This document shows, in pieces, positions 1-8,433 of a stretch of 29,999 nucleotides of DNA. Position numbers and translations under genes: made by a program. The first letter of the stretch is position 1, and every line of letters starts with the position of its first letter. The stretch lies in the IMG/VR virus record IMGVR_UViG_3300021433_000016, positions 1-29,999 of that record; one strand, 5' to 3'. Below the pieces are notes generated by a model. It did not search any database and was not told where the DNA came from. It worked only from the letters and a program-made list of their open reading frames with translations. The stretch is from a virus. Its lineage: Duplodnaviria > Caudoviricetes.

Positions 1-27
1 AGCGGTGAAACGAAACGGGAGGGCGTG

Positions 28-795
28 ATGGCCACAAAAGAGACGCTGTTTGAGGGCGAAGTGGTGCCAACGGAGGGCAAGCAGGAATCGCGGGCCTTGG
101 TTGCTAACAACCCATATTTGGGCATGGTAGAGCGTTGGGGGCAAGACCCTAACTTCGACGTGGCGAAGATGCGGGCCATGATGGACATGGCGAAGGAGTG
201 GCAGGCAGAGCAGGCAAGGTTGGCTTTTGCCGTCGCCAAGAACCACTTCAAGAGGAATCTTCCGACCATCGAAAAGACGAAGCCAATCGTTATTTCCCGA
301 GAGGCGAACGCGAAACCCGCTTACTATTACGCGCCCCTGGATGAGGTCTGCGAAAAGATCATCCCAGCCCTGAACGCTGTTGGGATTGAGCATTGCTGGT
401 CAACCACTTATGAAGGAGAGTGGATGGTGGTGACCTGCACCTTGACCCATGAACTTGGGCACAAGGAAAGCACGTCCATGCGGGGGTGTGCCGATAAGAC
501 AGGCTCCAAGAATGCGATTCAGGCTGAGGGGAGCACGCTTTCCTATTTGGAACGGTATACCCTCTGCTCAATCTGCGGAATCGCCATCAAGGGGCTCGAC
601 ACGGACGGGGCGGTTGGTTCGGTGGGGGAACAATGGTTGAAAGATCAGATTGACGAAATTGGGCGCTGCGAAACGTCCTCAGGGCTGACGAATGCCTACA
701 AAAAGGCCGCTGCGGAAGCTCTGAATGCGCGGGACATGAATGCCTACCACAAGTTGCAATCGGCTTACGGTGCCAGAAAGCAGGCAATCGCTTGA
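28..795 (+). CDS. erf: ERF-family single-strand annealing protein (phage recombinase)
   Basis: ERF signature 'KNAIQAEGSTLSYLERYTLCSICGI...DTDG', preceded by 'YYYAPLDEV' and 'VTCTLTHELGHKES'. GGAGG at 18-22 favours ATG 28 over GTG 25. Confidence 0.9.
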   Translation: MATKETLFEGEVVPTEGKQESRALVANNPYLGMVERWGQDPNFDVAKMRAMMDMAKEWQAEQARLAFAVAKNHFKRNLPTIEKTKPIVISREANAKPAYYYAPLDEVCEKIIPALNAVGIEHCWSTTYEGEWMVVTCTLTHELGHKESTSMRGCADKTGSKNAIQAEGSTLSYLERYTLCSICGIAIKGLDTDGAVGSVGEQWLKDQIDEIGRCETSSGLTNAYKKAAAEALNARDMNAYHKLQSAYGARKQAIA

Positions 796-1496
796 TTATT
801 GAGGGGCTTGTCCAGCAAACGCCAGAGTGGTTAATGCAGCGAATCGGGATGTGTACGGCATCCCGAGTGAAGGACGTTATGAAGCGCCTGCAACGTGCCA
901 GCGGTGGCCGAAAAAAGGGGGACTACGCCCAGCCGCACTACAACTATCTGAAAGAGTTGGTGATAGAGCGGCTTACTGGGCGGGCGCAAGACCACAACAT
1001 TGGCAACCTGCAAGCGGTAGAGTGGGGAATCGAAAACGAGCCTGTGGCGCGGGGATATTATGAGATCGCTACCGACCAGAAGTGTACCCCCATCGGCTTC
1101 GCCATGCACCCCAGCATTGAGTGGTTCGGTGCATCTCCCGATTCACTTGTAGGCGAAGACGGGCTCATCGAGATTAAGTGTCTGGCCTCTGACAACCACC
1201 TCGACATTTTGGAATCGGGCGAGATACCCGAAGAGCACGTGCCTCAATTGTTGGCTGAGATGGCTTGCGCGGAACGGCAGTGGGCAGACTTCATCGCCTT
1301 CGATCCCCGCTTCCCGCCCGAGCACCGCCTATTCATTAAGCGCCTTCATCGGAACGAAGAACTCGACCATACTATCGGCATGATGGAAGACGAGGTGCGC
1401 TCGTTCCTTGCCGAAGTGGATGCGAAACTCAAGGCGTTGACCAAGAGCGTGCCGATACAGAACGAGGCCGCAAGCTACAGTTCGATAGTCCCGTAA
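792..1496 (+). CDS. YqaJ-like / lambda-exonuclease family 5'-3' exonuclease
   Basis: Motifs 'QQTPEWLMQRIGMCTASR', 'WGIENEPVAR', 'GASPDSLVGEDGLIEIKC' (PD-(D/E)xK) and 'QWADFIAFDPRFP'. TTG start overlaps the ERF stop. Confidence 0.93.
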   Translation: MIIEGLVQQTPEWLMQRIGMCTASRVKDVMKRLQRASGGRKKGDYAQPHYNYLKELVIERLTGRAQDHNIGNLQAVEWGIENEPVARGYYEIATDQKCTPIGFAMHPSIEWFGASPDSLVGEDGLIEIKCLASDNHLDILESGEIPEEHVPQLLAEMACAERQWADFIAFDPRFPPEHRLFIKRLHRNEELDHTIGMMEDEVRSFLAEVDAKLKALTKSVPIQNEAASYSSIVP

Positions 1497-1506
1497 GGAG
1501 GGCAGC

Positions 1507-3159
1507 ATGGCTCATATTGTAATTGGCGATGCGGGAAGCAAGCACGTCAGCATTGATCTGGATACGTTGCTGCGGACTCGTATGCTCTTGCAGGCCAATT
1601 CGGGCAAGGGAAAGTCTTGGCTCCTTCGTCGGTTGGCGGAGCAGATGTTTGGGAAGGTGCAAGTCATCATCATTGATCCAGAAGGTGAGTTCGCCACACT
1701 GCGGGAAAAGTTCGACTATGTTCTGGTCGGCAAGGGCGGCGAGACTGCCGCGCATCCTCGTATCGCGGCGTTGACGGCGCAACGCTTGTTGGAACTTAGA
1801 GCTTGTGCGGTTTGTGACTTGTACGAGATGAAGCCGAGCGAACGACATTCCTACGTGAAGAACTTCTTAGAGGCGTTGATTGATGCCCCCAAGACGCTGT
1901 GGCACCCGCTGGTGGTGATTGTGGATGAGGCGCACGTTTACTGCCCTGAGAAGGGGGCGGGAGAATCTGAGGCGTCGGATGCGATGATCGGGATGGCAAC
2001 GCGAGGAAGAAAGCGTGGCTACTGTCTCGTGGCAGCTACGCAGCGATTGGGTAAATTCCGCAAGGATGCCGCGTCTGAACTCTTGAACGTTGGCATCGGC
2101 GGCACGTTCATTGATATCGACCGAAAGCGCGCCGCTGACGCGCTGGGAGTTTACGGCAACGAAGTGCACCCCTTCTTCGATGAAATCAGGATGTTGGAGA
2201 AAGGCAAGTTTTACTTTCTAGGCCCTGCGATTTCTACAGAACGAGTGCTAGTTACCGTAGGGCCGATCCAGACTACGCATCCCGAGGCTGGGAGTTCCAA
2301 GCACGCTGGCGAACCGCCTCCTACCCCGGAGAAGATTAAGGCTCTGCTGCCCAGTCTGGCTGATCTACCGAAAGAAGCGGAGGAAAAAGCCAAGAGCATC
2401 GCTGATCTGCAAAGACAAGTGCGCGAACTTAAGGGGGAATTGTCCAAACGCCCCACCGAAGTGAAGCAGGTTGTTGAGGAAAGGCGCGTAGAGGTTCCAA
2501 TGTTACAGCCTGAGCAGATTGCCGCGCTGGGTGAGTCGGTAAAAGAGCTTAAGCAGGCTGCGGGAGTAATTGAAGCAGCATTGGCAAGCGTGCGCCGAAT
2601 GCCCGTCGCCGCACTCCCGCCACGCGTGGTTCCGACTCCGGCTCCGCGAACCCGCGCGGTTGTCGCTTCATCAAACGGTGATTTGACTGGCCCAGAAACC
2701 AAAATTCTCAAGGCATTAGCCGAGCTTCTTTCTATCGGGAAGGAAACTCCGCCAAAGAACATGGTGGCTGCGTGGGCTGGGTACTCCCCCGTGGGCGGGG
2801 CCTTCGGTAATCCAATGGGAGCATTGCGAACCAAGGGCTACATCGACTATCCACAACCGGGAACTGTTGTGTTAACGGACGCAGGTCAAGAGGCAATCGG
2901 CACATTAGACCCGCCAGATCAGGACGAAATTTGGCGGCGGATCGAAAGCAGTTGCACAGGCCCAGAACAGAAGATTCTGCGGGCGCTAATCGACAACGCA
3001 GGGCAAGAGGAGATCGCCAAAGCGGACCTTGCGGAGAAAGCTGGCTACTCGCCTATCGGTGGGGCGTTTGGTAATCCCGTAGGCGCGCTCCGCACCAAGG
3101 GACTGTTGGATTATCCGCGCACCGGATTTGTAAAAGCAGCAGATTGGATATTCTTTTAA
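1507..3159 (+). CDS. HerA/FtsK-like (DUF87) P-loop ATPase with coiled coil and two tandem C-terminal winged-helix-like repeats
   Basis: Walker A 'ANSGKGKS', 'IIIDPEGEF', Walker B 'VIVDEAH', HerA-type 'RGRKRG...VAATQR'. Strong RBS AAGGAGG immediately upstream. Confidence 0.85.
   Translation: MAHIVIGDAGSKHVSIDLDTLLRTRMLLQANSGKGKSWLLRRLAEQMFGKVQVIIIDPEGEFATLREKFDYVLVGKGGETAAHPRIAALTAQRLLELRACAVCDLYEMKPSERHSYVKNFLEALIDAPKTLWHPLVVIVDEAHVYCPEKGAGESEASDAMIGMATRGRKRGYCLVAATQRLGKFRKDAASELLNVGIGGTFIDIDRKRAADALGVYGNEVHPFFDEIRMLEKGKFYFLGPAISTERVLVTVGPIQTTHPEAGSSKHAGEPPPTPEKIKALLPSLADLPKEAEEKAKSIADLQRQVRELKGELSKRPTEVKQVVEERRVEVPMLQPEQIAALGESVKELKQAAGVIEAALASVRRMPVAALPPRVVPTPAPRTRAVVASSNGDLTGPETKILKALAELLSIGKETPPKNMVAAWAGYSPVGGAFGNPMGALRTKGYIDYPQPGTVVLTDAGQEAIGTLDPPDQDEIWRRIESSCTGPEQKILRALIDNAGQEEIAKADLAEKAGYSPIGGAFGNPVGALRTKGLLDYPRTGFVKAADWIFF
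2683..3156 (+). repeat. Intragenic tandem duplication (270-nt / 90-aa period) in the ATPase C-terminus
   Basis: 'LTGPETKILKAL...AGYSPVGGAFGNPMGALRTKGYIDYP' (from 2683) versus 'CTGPEQKILRAL...AGYSPIGGAFGNPVGALRTKGLLDYP' (from 2953). Confidence 0.9.
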
Positions 3160-3171
3160 GGGAGGGGCAGC

Positions 3172-3402
3172 ATGGCAGAAAAGACGCACGGAGTATCGCT
3201 AGAAGTCGAGCAAACGAAGAAAACCAAGGCTGTGGCGGAGGTCTACAGCGCAACGTTCCGCAGACCAACGGCAGGTGTGAAGATTGAATTCGAGACCCGC
3301 ACGCTGCGTTTCAAGGCCGCATCCTGGTCCCGTGCTCTGGCCACGGCAAACCTTCAGTTGCTGCCGGGAGAGCGGCTGTTCGCGCTGGAGTTGGCAGAGT
3401 GA
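3172..3402 (+). CDS. hypothetical protein
   Basis: RBS GGGAGG upstream; packed in the operon after the ATPase. Confidence 0.7.
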   Translation: MAEKTHGVSLEVEQTKKTKAVAEVYSATFRRPTAGVKIEFETRTLRFKAASWSRALATANLQLLPGERLFALELAE

Positions 3403-3406
3403 AACC

Positions 3407-3622
3407 ATGAGAAAACAATTTGAACTCGCGGATCAGAGCAGTTGCCTCAACCGGGCCCAGAACAACGAAATGTTATTTGTCCTTCGGGGCCATGACTGTT
3501 GTGCCCCTGAAACGATTCGGGAATGGTGTTGGAAACGCATTCTTCGCGGCAATAACAAGTTGGAGGACAAACAGATTCAAGAGGCTCTGGCCGCTGCCGA
3601 CATCATGGAACGTGAACGCTAG
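3407..3622 (+). CDS. conserved phage hypothetical protein
   Basis: 'SCLNRAQNNEMLFVLRGHDCCAPETIREW' resembles a recurring small phage protein (E-x-x-FVLR-x-x-D-x-x-AP). ATG at 3407 follows the previous stop. Confidence 0.7.
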   Translation: MRKQFELADQSSCLNRAQNNEMLFVLRGHDCCAPETIREWCWKRILRGNNKLEDKQIQEALAAADIMERER

Positions 3623-3661
3623 GGTTCCGAGTGAATACGGAACCTGCCTTGTAAAAATAGT

Positions 3662-3691
3662 TTGACTTTGGACTGCGGTTTTGGTTATGCT
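3662..3691 (+). promoter_or_regulatory. sigma70-type promoter
   Basis: TTGACT (3662-3667), 18-nt spacer, TATGCT (3686-3691). Preceded by the hairpin GGTTCCG/CGGAACC just after the 3622 stop. Confidence 0.6.
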
Positions 3692-3796
3692 TATGGCGCG
3701 AGACAATTTGGAGCGGGTGGCCCGTTGGTTTAATCCTTCGCCGGGTCACCAACACCACCCAATCCTTCTCGTGAACGACCCGGCGAATGCAAGACC

Positions 3797-4136
3797 ATTC
3801 TCAAAACAATTCGAGTTTGACCTCATGCGCTGGGATACCTACGTCTGTCTCCCTCGTTTGAGGGCGGTTGCTTCGCGGCACAGCTTGCTACCGGGAAAAA
3901 ACGGGCCGCTGCTATACGTAAACTCCGCCAAGGTCGGAGAAGAGAAGGTAAGGCTCGGTGAGGGAGCAATGGGCTGGTGCCGAAAGGATAAACTCCAGCG
4001 ATTCCGCTTTTACCTCCCACGCTATTTGGCAGCTTACCCGGTACCTGCCTTCTCAAGACGAACTGACAGACATGACTGTGTAATGGGGCTGGACTCCTAA
4101 AGCCAATACTAGAAGCGGTGTCTCTAAAATGAGAAT
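3797..4136 (+). ncRNA. candidate large structured RNA upstream of the replication genes
   Basis: At least 9 nested helices found by eye, e.g. 3813-3830/4078-4096, 3843-3849/4065-4071, 3889-3895/4037-4043. Many G-U pairs and an apical CC-GAAA-GG. Confidence 0.6.
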
Positions 4137-4389
4137 TTACAGCGAAGTTGAATTAAATCTTCCCCCGAAATGGTTCACTGGCAAAGAATGGGACGACGGA
4201 ACAGCGGAGTGTTTCCACCAGCAGGAATACAAGGCGGCGACGGAAAAGGCGCACTCGCTGAGAAAACAAGCGCACTCACACAAAAGCGCCCACAAGTTAC
4301 AGCAGAAGAATTTTGAGAGATTGGCGTTCGATGACAATAAAGGTCTATCGCCGATGGAAATTTGTCGCCGCGCCATGAGGAAACTATGA
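4129..4389 (+). CDS. hypothetical protein
   Basis: Stop overlaps the next start (ATGA); basic C-terminal half. Confidence 0.55.
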   Translation: MRIYSEVELNLPPKWFTGKEWDDGTAECFHQQEYKAATEKAHSLRKQAHSHKSAHKLQQKNFERLAFDDNKGLSPMEICRRAMRKL

Positions 4390-4844
4390 GCCTCGAATCC
4401 GACTTAATCACGATTTACGATGCCTACCCCCGAAAGGTCGCCCGTCGTGCAGCACTCCTTGAAATAGAACGCGCCCTCAGACGTTTAGTGGCGGGCGAGA
4501 CAGGCCCTCGAATGACGCATAATGAAGCCGTGACCGGATTGTTGCAGGCCACAGCGTTATTCGCTAGAAGTCCTGCAGGACAGAGAAAGCACTTCACTCC
4601 TCATCCTACCTCTTGGTATCACCAAAGCCGCTACCTCGATTCGCCGGGAGAATGGTTCCATGATGACAAGCCCAAAACCTTCGCAGAGCTTAACGACAGT
4701 GCAACCGATGCGGCCTTTGCCAGAGCAAGACAGAATCGATGCGGCGCTCCGGCAAATGGCGATACGATTAGACCGAGTTTTAACCGAGCCAATCATCAAC
4801 CAGTGGCACAGCGATCTCTCCCGAGTTCCCATAGCGGGGATTGA
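4386..4844 (+). CDS. phage replication initiator-like protein (C-terminal-type domain only)
   Basis: 'IYDAYPRKVARRAA' and 'FTPHPTSWYHQSRYLD' match the YPRK...(F/Y)xPHPxTWLNxxRWxD motif of phage replisome organisers. GAGG RBS. Confidence 0.7.
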   Translation: MSLESDLITIYDAYPRKVARRAALLEIERALRRLVAGETGPRMTHNEAVTGLLQATALFARSPAGQRKHFTPHPTSWYHQSRYLDSPGEWFHDDKPKTFAELNDSATDAAFARARQNRCGAPANGDTIRPSFNRANHQPVAQRSLPSSHSGD

Positions 4845-5130
4845 GTATGCGGCAGACTGGTGCGGACGGAACCTGAAGCGCTGGCCCAAGTTGAGCGAGT
4901 TCTTTGAGGCCGTAAACGCCTGGATGGGGCAATGCGAACAGAGTGCAGGTCCAGCGGTGCCAAGCCGTGAGGAAATCGCTAGACGGCGAGATGAGTTTCA
5001 GGCCTGGTATCGTGACCCCGAAGCTGCTCCGTTCCGGGCTATGGTTGCAGAACTCGACAAGAAGATGCTGGCAGGTAGGCCCAGACTTTATACGCAAGAA
5101 GAGCTGGAGCGGTTTCGGAGGAAGAAGTGA
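4660..5130 (+). CDS. putative helicase loader / lambda-P-like replication protein
   Basis: Overlaps the initiator gene. 'W..DL...P...IEYA...KRWPKLSEF' resembles the loader/inhibitor F/W-P-x-x-x-E motif. Partly a positional inference. Confidence 0.5.
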   Translation: MMTSPKPSQSLTTVQPMRPLPEQDRIDAALRQMAIRLDRVLTEPIINQWHSDLSRVPIAGIEYAADWCGRNLKRWPKLSEFFEAVNAWMGQCEQSAGPAVPSREEIARRRDEFQAWYRDPEAAPFRAMVAELDKKMLAGRPRLYTQEELERFRRKK

Positions 5131-5360
5131 GCGAACTTGTATGGACGCCTCTAAGTCTCAACAAGTATTGGGTAGTTTGGTCGCTGAAAGCGTGGCAAAC
5201 CTCCGACAACGAAAGGGTAGACCCATATGAAAACCCTGCATTTAGTTCCGTCGTTGCCCCGAAAGTGTACCGCTGTCGTGTGGCAAACAAGGCTGGGCAA
5301 GAAGTTTCCAGTTCTCTGCGGGAGAAAGAACTGCGGCGGGCATGGCGAAGGAAAGCGTGA
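5127..5360 (+). CDS. hypothetical protein
   Basis: GTGA overlap with the upstream stop. Confidence 0.5.
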   Translation: MSELVWTPLSLNKYWVVWSLKAWQTSDNERVDPYENPAFSSVVAPKVYRCRVANKAGQEVSSSLREKELRRAWRRKA

Positions 5361-5512
5361 GGAAGCGAGGCTGGCATGATTAGCGGCGGCTGGTACATCG
5401 GGCAGCAGATTGTAGGCGAGCATCCGTGCTCGTTTCCGGGCTGGCGGCATGTACTTCTGAAAGATGAGAATGGCCACGTGGCATGGCGGGACGTGCGCAA
5501 GGAATGGGTAAG

Positions 5513-5671
5513 ATGAAGTTCATCTGCGGCATCCACGAAACAAACAAGAGGGTCGGCGGAGGACCAGCGAAAGAACCGCAGTGCAAGGCAGAGTTCGACA
5601 GTCTTGAAATGCTAATTTGGCATATCGAGAATGAGCACTGGACGGCGCTGGGGCAAGGACGCAGGAAATGA
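5513..5671 (+). CDS. small C2H2-like zinc-binding protein
   Basis: 'KFICG...QCKAEFDSLEMLIWHIENEH' (C-x3-F-x5-L-x2-H-x4-H). Confidence 0.55.
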   Translation: MKFICGIHETNKRVGGGPAKEPQCKAEFDSLEMLIWHIENEHWTALGQGRRK

Positions 5672-5718
5672 AGCCATATTACGGACCTCACGCGGGGATT
5701 ACGATCTACCACGGATGA
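5668..5718 (+). pseudogene. N-terminal remnant of a phage DNA methyltransferase
   Basis: Encodes MKPYYGPHAGITIYHG then TGA. Phage N4/N6 MTases typically begin MKPYY...GITIYHGDC. ATGA coupling to the upstream gene. Confidence 0.6.
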
Positions 5719-5731
5719 AAGGCTCATAAAA

Positions 5732-5968
5732 ATGTTAATTCATGATGGGTTTACAAAAGATGCGGAGTCGGTGGAGGAATCTAAATACAGTCGTAGACTG
5801 TGGATCATTGAATGGAGTTTCACAGGGAAGAATTCCTGGTACCCCGTGCATCGAAAACAATTCTACAGTCGCCACTTAGCCGAAGCATACCCAAAACGGA
5901 GAGGTTTCGACTACAGAATTGTTGAATATACACTTACGGCAATACTCGACTTTTCGGGTCAGCGATGA
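5732..5968 (+). CDS. hypothetical protein
   Basis: ORF in an AT-richer patch; stop overlaps the next start. Confidence 0.5.
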   Translation: MLIHDGFTKDAESVEESKYSRRLWIIEWSFTGKNSWYPVHRKQFYSRHLAEAYPKRRGFDYRIVEYTLTAILDFSGQR

Positions 5969-6171
5969 AGCTCTTTTGCGGCGGCTGCGAGCAGGAGAAG
6001 TTTGCAGGCTTATTCTCCGAGTCGCAGCGTAAATGCAAGCAGGACTCACAAAGGCGTTGTTTACGATGTGTGAGCGAGAGGTCAAGGCAGGCGAGGAGTA
6101 AGGTAAGGCCTGCAAATGTGGGCGAGAGTTGGAGCAACAGCAATCAGTTCTTTTTCGGGAGGGAAAGATGA
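5965..6171 (+). CDS. small Cys4 zinc-binding protein
   Basis: 'CGGCEQEK...FSESQR...RCLRC'; ATGA overlaps at both ends. Confidence 0.6.
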   Translation: MKLFCGGCEQEKFAGLFSESQRKCKQDSQRRCLRCVSERSRQARSKVRPANVGESWSNSNQFFFGRER

Positions 6172-6371
6172 GCGGAATAAGTTTCGAGCGAGTGGGAAAG
6201 TATGTGCGATCCGTCTACAAGCAGGACGACGGGAGGACTATTTTGGCCGACGAATGCCGCTGCATCGTAGACTTTGGCGGTGGTTATTCCGTGGATAATC
6301 GCCGGAGTTTAAGTGTTAAGCGAACGGCAGAGTGCCCTATCGATGAGCATAAAGCGCAAGCCAACTCCTAA
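6168..6371 (+). CDS. hypothetical protein
   Basis: ATGA overlap with GGAGG upstream; 'CRC...CPIDEH'. Confidence 0.55.
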   Translation: MSGISFERVGKYVRSVYKQDDGRTILADECRCIVDFGGGYSVDNRRSLSVKRTAECPIDEHKAQANS

Positions 6372-6768
6372 CCGTGGAGCAGGCACGACCGCGAAGACGA
6401 CGAAGGGTTACCTCCGCGTCACCGCTGGGCCTTGCCGCCATGAGTACGTTCACCGGATCGTTGCCGCTGCAATACTGGGCCGGGAGCTAACGAAAGACGA
6501 GCAGGTCCACCATCGTGACGGCTGCAAGCTAGACCAGCGACACTGGAACCTGCTGATTGTTGGGGAACGTGATCACGGCTGGGTGTCGGCAAAGCAGGCT
6601 TACTACATGCAGAACATCAAAGAAATCGCGGACAAGAAAGAGTGGGACGAGTTCATGGATGAGCAGGCGGCATTGCAAGCGCAGCAGATAGCAGTCGCCA
6701 AGAGTCGCGGCGTGCCGTGGCAAGCGGTTGATGGAGCGCTAGAACAAGCGTGGGAGGTAGAACAATGA
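6343..6768 (+). CDS. HNH endonuclease (HNH_3 type)
   Basis: 'GYLRV...YVHRIVAAAILGRELTKDEQVHHRDGCKLDQRHWNL'. Confidence 0.85.
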   Translation: MSIKRKPTPNRGAGTTAKTTKGYLRVTAGPCRHEYVHRIVAAAILGRELTKDEQVHHRDGCKLDQRHWNLLIVGERDHGWVSAKQAYYMQNIKEIADKKEWDEFMDEQAALQAQQIAVAKSRGVPWQAVDGALEQAWEVEQ

Positions 6769-6998
6769 CCTATGGCACTGGGACCAGAAGTTACAATCGC
6801 TCCACGGAGGCTCGACAAAACAGTCTCGCTCAAAAGGAAGCGACCGCACGATATCTCGCAACCCCTCGGCAAGAAATTCTCTTAGGGCCAGAATGGTTAA
6901 TGTGCCGTTGTGCTGGTCGCAGAGACGCGCATCCGGCGCACGGCATGGCGGAATTCATCAATTTCAGGCCGTGGTATCGGGTTGAGGCAGGAGACTGA
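6765..6998 (+). CDS. hypothetical protein
   Basis: GGAGG RBS and ATGA overlap; 'CRC...HPAH' is a possible metal site. Confidence 0.6.
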   Translation: MTYGTGTRSYNRSTEARQNSLAQKEATARYLATPRQEILLGPEWLMCRCAGRRDAHPAHGMAEFINFRPWYRVEAGD

Positions 6999-7463
6999 AT
7001 GCGAATCAAGAGTAAGAAGCCGATTAAACGCAAGAGCGCACACCAGAAACTTGTTGATGAAGCCGATGCCTGGGCCACAGCCATAGCCTTCAAGATTTAT
7101 GGTGAACGCTGCATCTTGGCCCACATCCCGAACGTGCGGTGCGGAGGAGGGCTGCAAGGTGCCCACATTCTCAGAAAGGGCGGGATGTACGCCTCAATCC
7201 GTTATCACGAAGACAACCGCCTGCCGATCTGCCGCAACCATCACCTGTTTTGGGCGCATCTCTACGAACATGAGTTTTATCAATGGGTTGAAGTGACTTT
7301 TCCCGGCAGGATTGAACGACTGAAACAGATTGCGCGAGAGACATCGGCAAAGTTCGATATGAAGGAACTCATCTGCGTACTAAAGCACGAGTGGAAGAAG
7401 GAACCCGATCCGCCGGGCCGAGAGGTAAAGTACATGCCTATTCCCCCAGAATTGCCTTTCTAG
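6999..7463 (+). CDS. NinG/Rap-like HNH-fold nuclease
   Basis: 'ERCIL...CGGGLQGAHIL...SIRYHEDNRLPICRNHH' matches the NinG-like pattern; located after the replication genes. Confidence 0.7.
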   Translation: MRIKSKKPIKRKSAHQKLVDEADAWATAIAFKIYGERCILAHIPNVRCGGGLQGAHILRKGGMYASIRYHEDNRLPICRNHHLFWAHLYEHEFYQWVEVTFPGRIERLKQIARETSAKFDMKELICVLKHEWKKEPDPPGREVKYMPIPPELPF

Positions 7464-7654
7464 CGCGAAGCCAGCACGACGGCCTTGGCAATCGCTACAA
7501 TGGCCTGTCCGAGGGCGGAAATGGGGTTTGCAGCGATAATTCTGAAAGATGCGTGGTCGGGGCCATTGTTTTCCAGCAGCCTCCTAAGCCTCATAGTGGC
7601 GGAATCGAGCAAGACGCGCTCTTTCGGGTAGCGGAAGTCTAGGCGGGGAGTCAT
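7460..7654 (-). CDS. hypothetical protein (last of the leftward cluster)
   Basis: Start overlaps the upstream minus-strand stop; converges on the NinG-like stop (shared CTAG). Confidence 0.45.
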   Translation of the reverse strand: MTPRLDFRYPKERVLLDSATMRLRRLLENNGPDHASFRIIAANPISALGQAIVAIAKAVVLASR

Positions 7655-7854
7655 CGGCGACACACTTTATCCCAATCGGCCTGCGAAAGTCCTTCGGCAC
7701 GAACGCGAATCTTGCCAGAGGTAACAGGGCATCTCGGCGATATTCGGGTATGAGAATCAATAATTGCTCTGGCCCCGCTGTAAACGTCTATGTCCTTGCG
7801 CATTCTAGTTCTTCCGATAGAGTTGCACGCTTCACAAAACCATTCTTGCGTCAT
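7651..7854 (-). CDS. hypothetical protein with CxxC...H...C
   Basis: 'MTQEWFCEACNS...SHTRISPRCP'. Confidence 0.55.
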   Translation of the reverse strand: MTQEWFCEACNSIGRTRMRKDIDVYSGARAIIDSHTRISPRCPVTSGKIRVRAEGLSQADWDKVCRR

Positions 7855-7855
7855 T

Positions 7856-8140
7856 TCAGTTCCAATCCCTTTGCAGCACTTCCAGGTACTGCAAAATAAC
7901 GGCATCGAGTTCCATGTCAGATTCCAGCGGTTCTTGCGGTACGGCCCTCAGGGCTTGCTGCCACGAATAAGCGGAGGCATCCGAAACTGCGCTTACTATC
8001 ATGCACATGGCATAGCCTCGGGCCTCGTCAAGTGGCGTGAGTTCGGAGGGGAAGAAATGGGCGATCACAGATGCCTCCCTAATCCCAAGATGTACAGCAC
8101 CACCAGAGCCCACAGAATAAGCAGGGCGCGAATCGGCCAC
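7856..8140 (-). CDS. hypothetical protein
   Basis: Abuts the next gene in the leftward chain. Confidence 0.45.
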   Translation of the reverse strand: MADSRPAYSVGSGGAVHLGIREASVIAHFFPSELTPLDEARGYAMCMIVSAVSDASAYSWQQALRAVPQEPLESDMELDAVILQYLEVLQRDWN

Positions 8141-8433
8141 GACAATGGGTCAGTGCGCCTCACCTTTGAATTCCGCCCCAAGGCCAAGTCCAAGCGTGAG
8201 TCGGGCAACAAAATGAGTTGGGTCGAATTCCGCTCTCGTAATGCTTGATCTGATCCCTTCTTTCCATTGCACGAATCGCTCTATTGACGCAGCGCTTACC
8301 GACATTGACGGCTAGTTTAGAAGAAACAATGGCGATGCAGCGGTCCTTGTCGGGGATTCTCACCATAGCCAATAGAGCCTCGCCCAGCAGTAAAGCACAA
8401 TCAGGGCAATGAGAAGTGGTGCGCCCCAGCCCT

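Noticed and set aside
3960-4010. SRP RNA helix 8 (CC-GAAA-GG apex in a long rod)
   Set aside because: Lacks the conserved CAGG/AGCA internal loop.
3681-4100. 139-aa ORF as a real CDS
   Set aside because: Its start lies within the predicted promoter, it has no RBS or recognisable motif, and the region is better explained by RNA structure. Not formally excluded.
3797-4136. Group I or group II intron
   Set aside because: No recognisable group II domain V or group I P7 core, and no interrupted gene around it.
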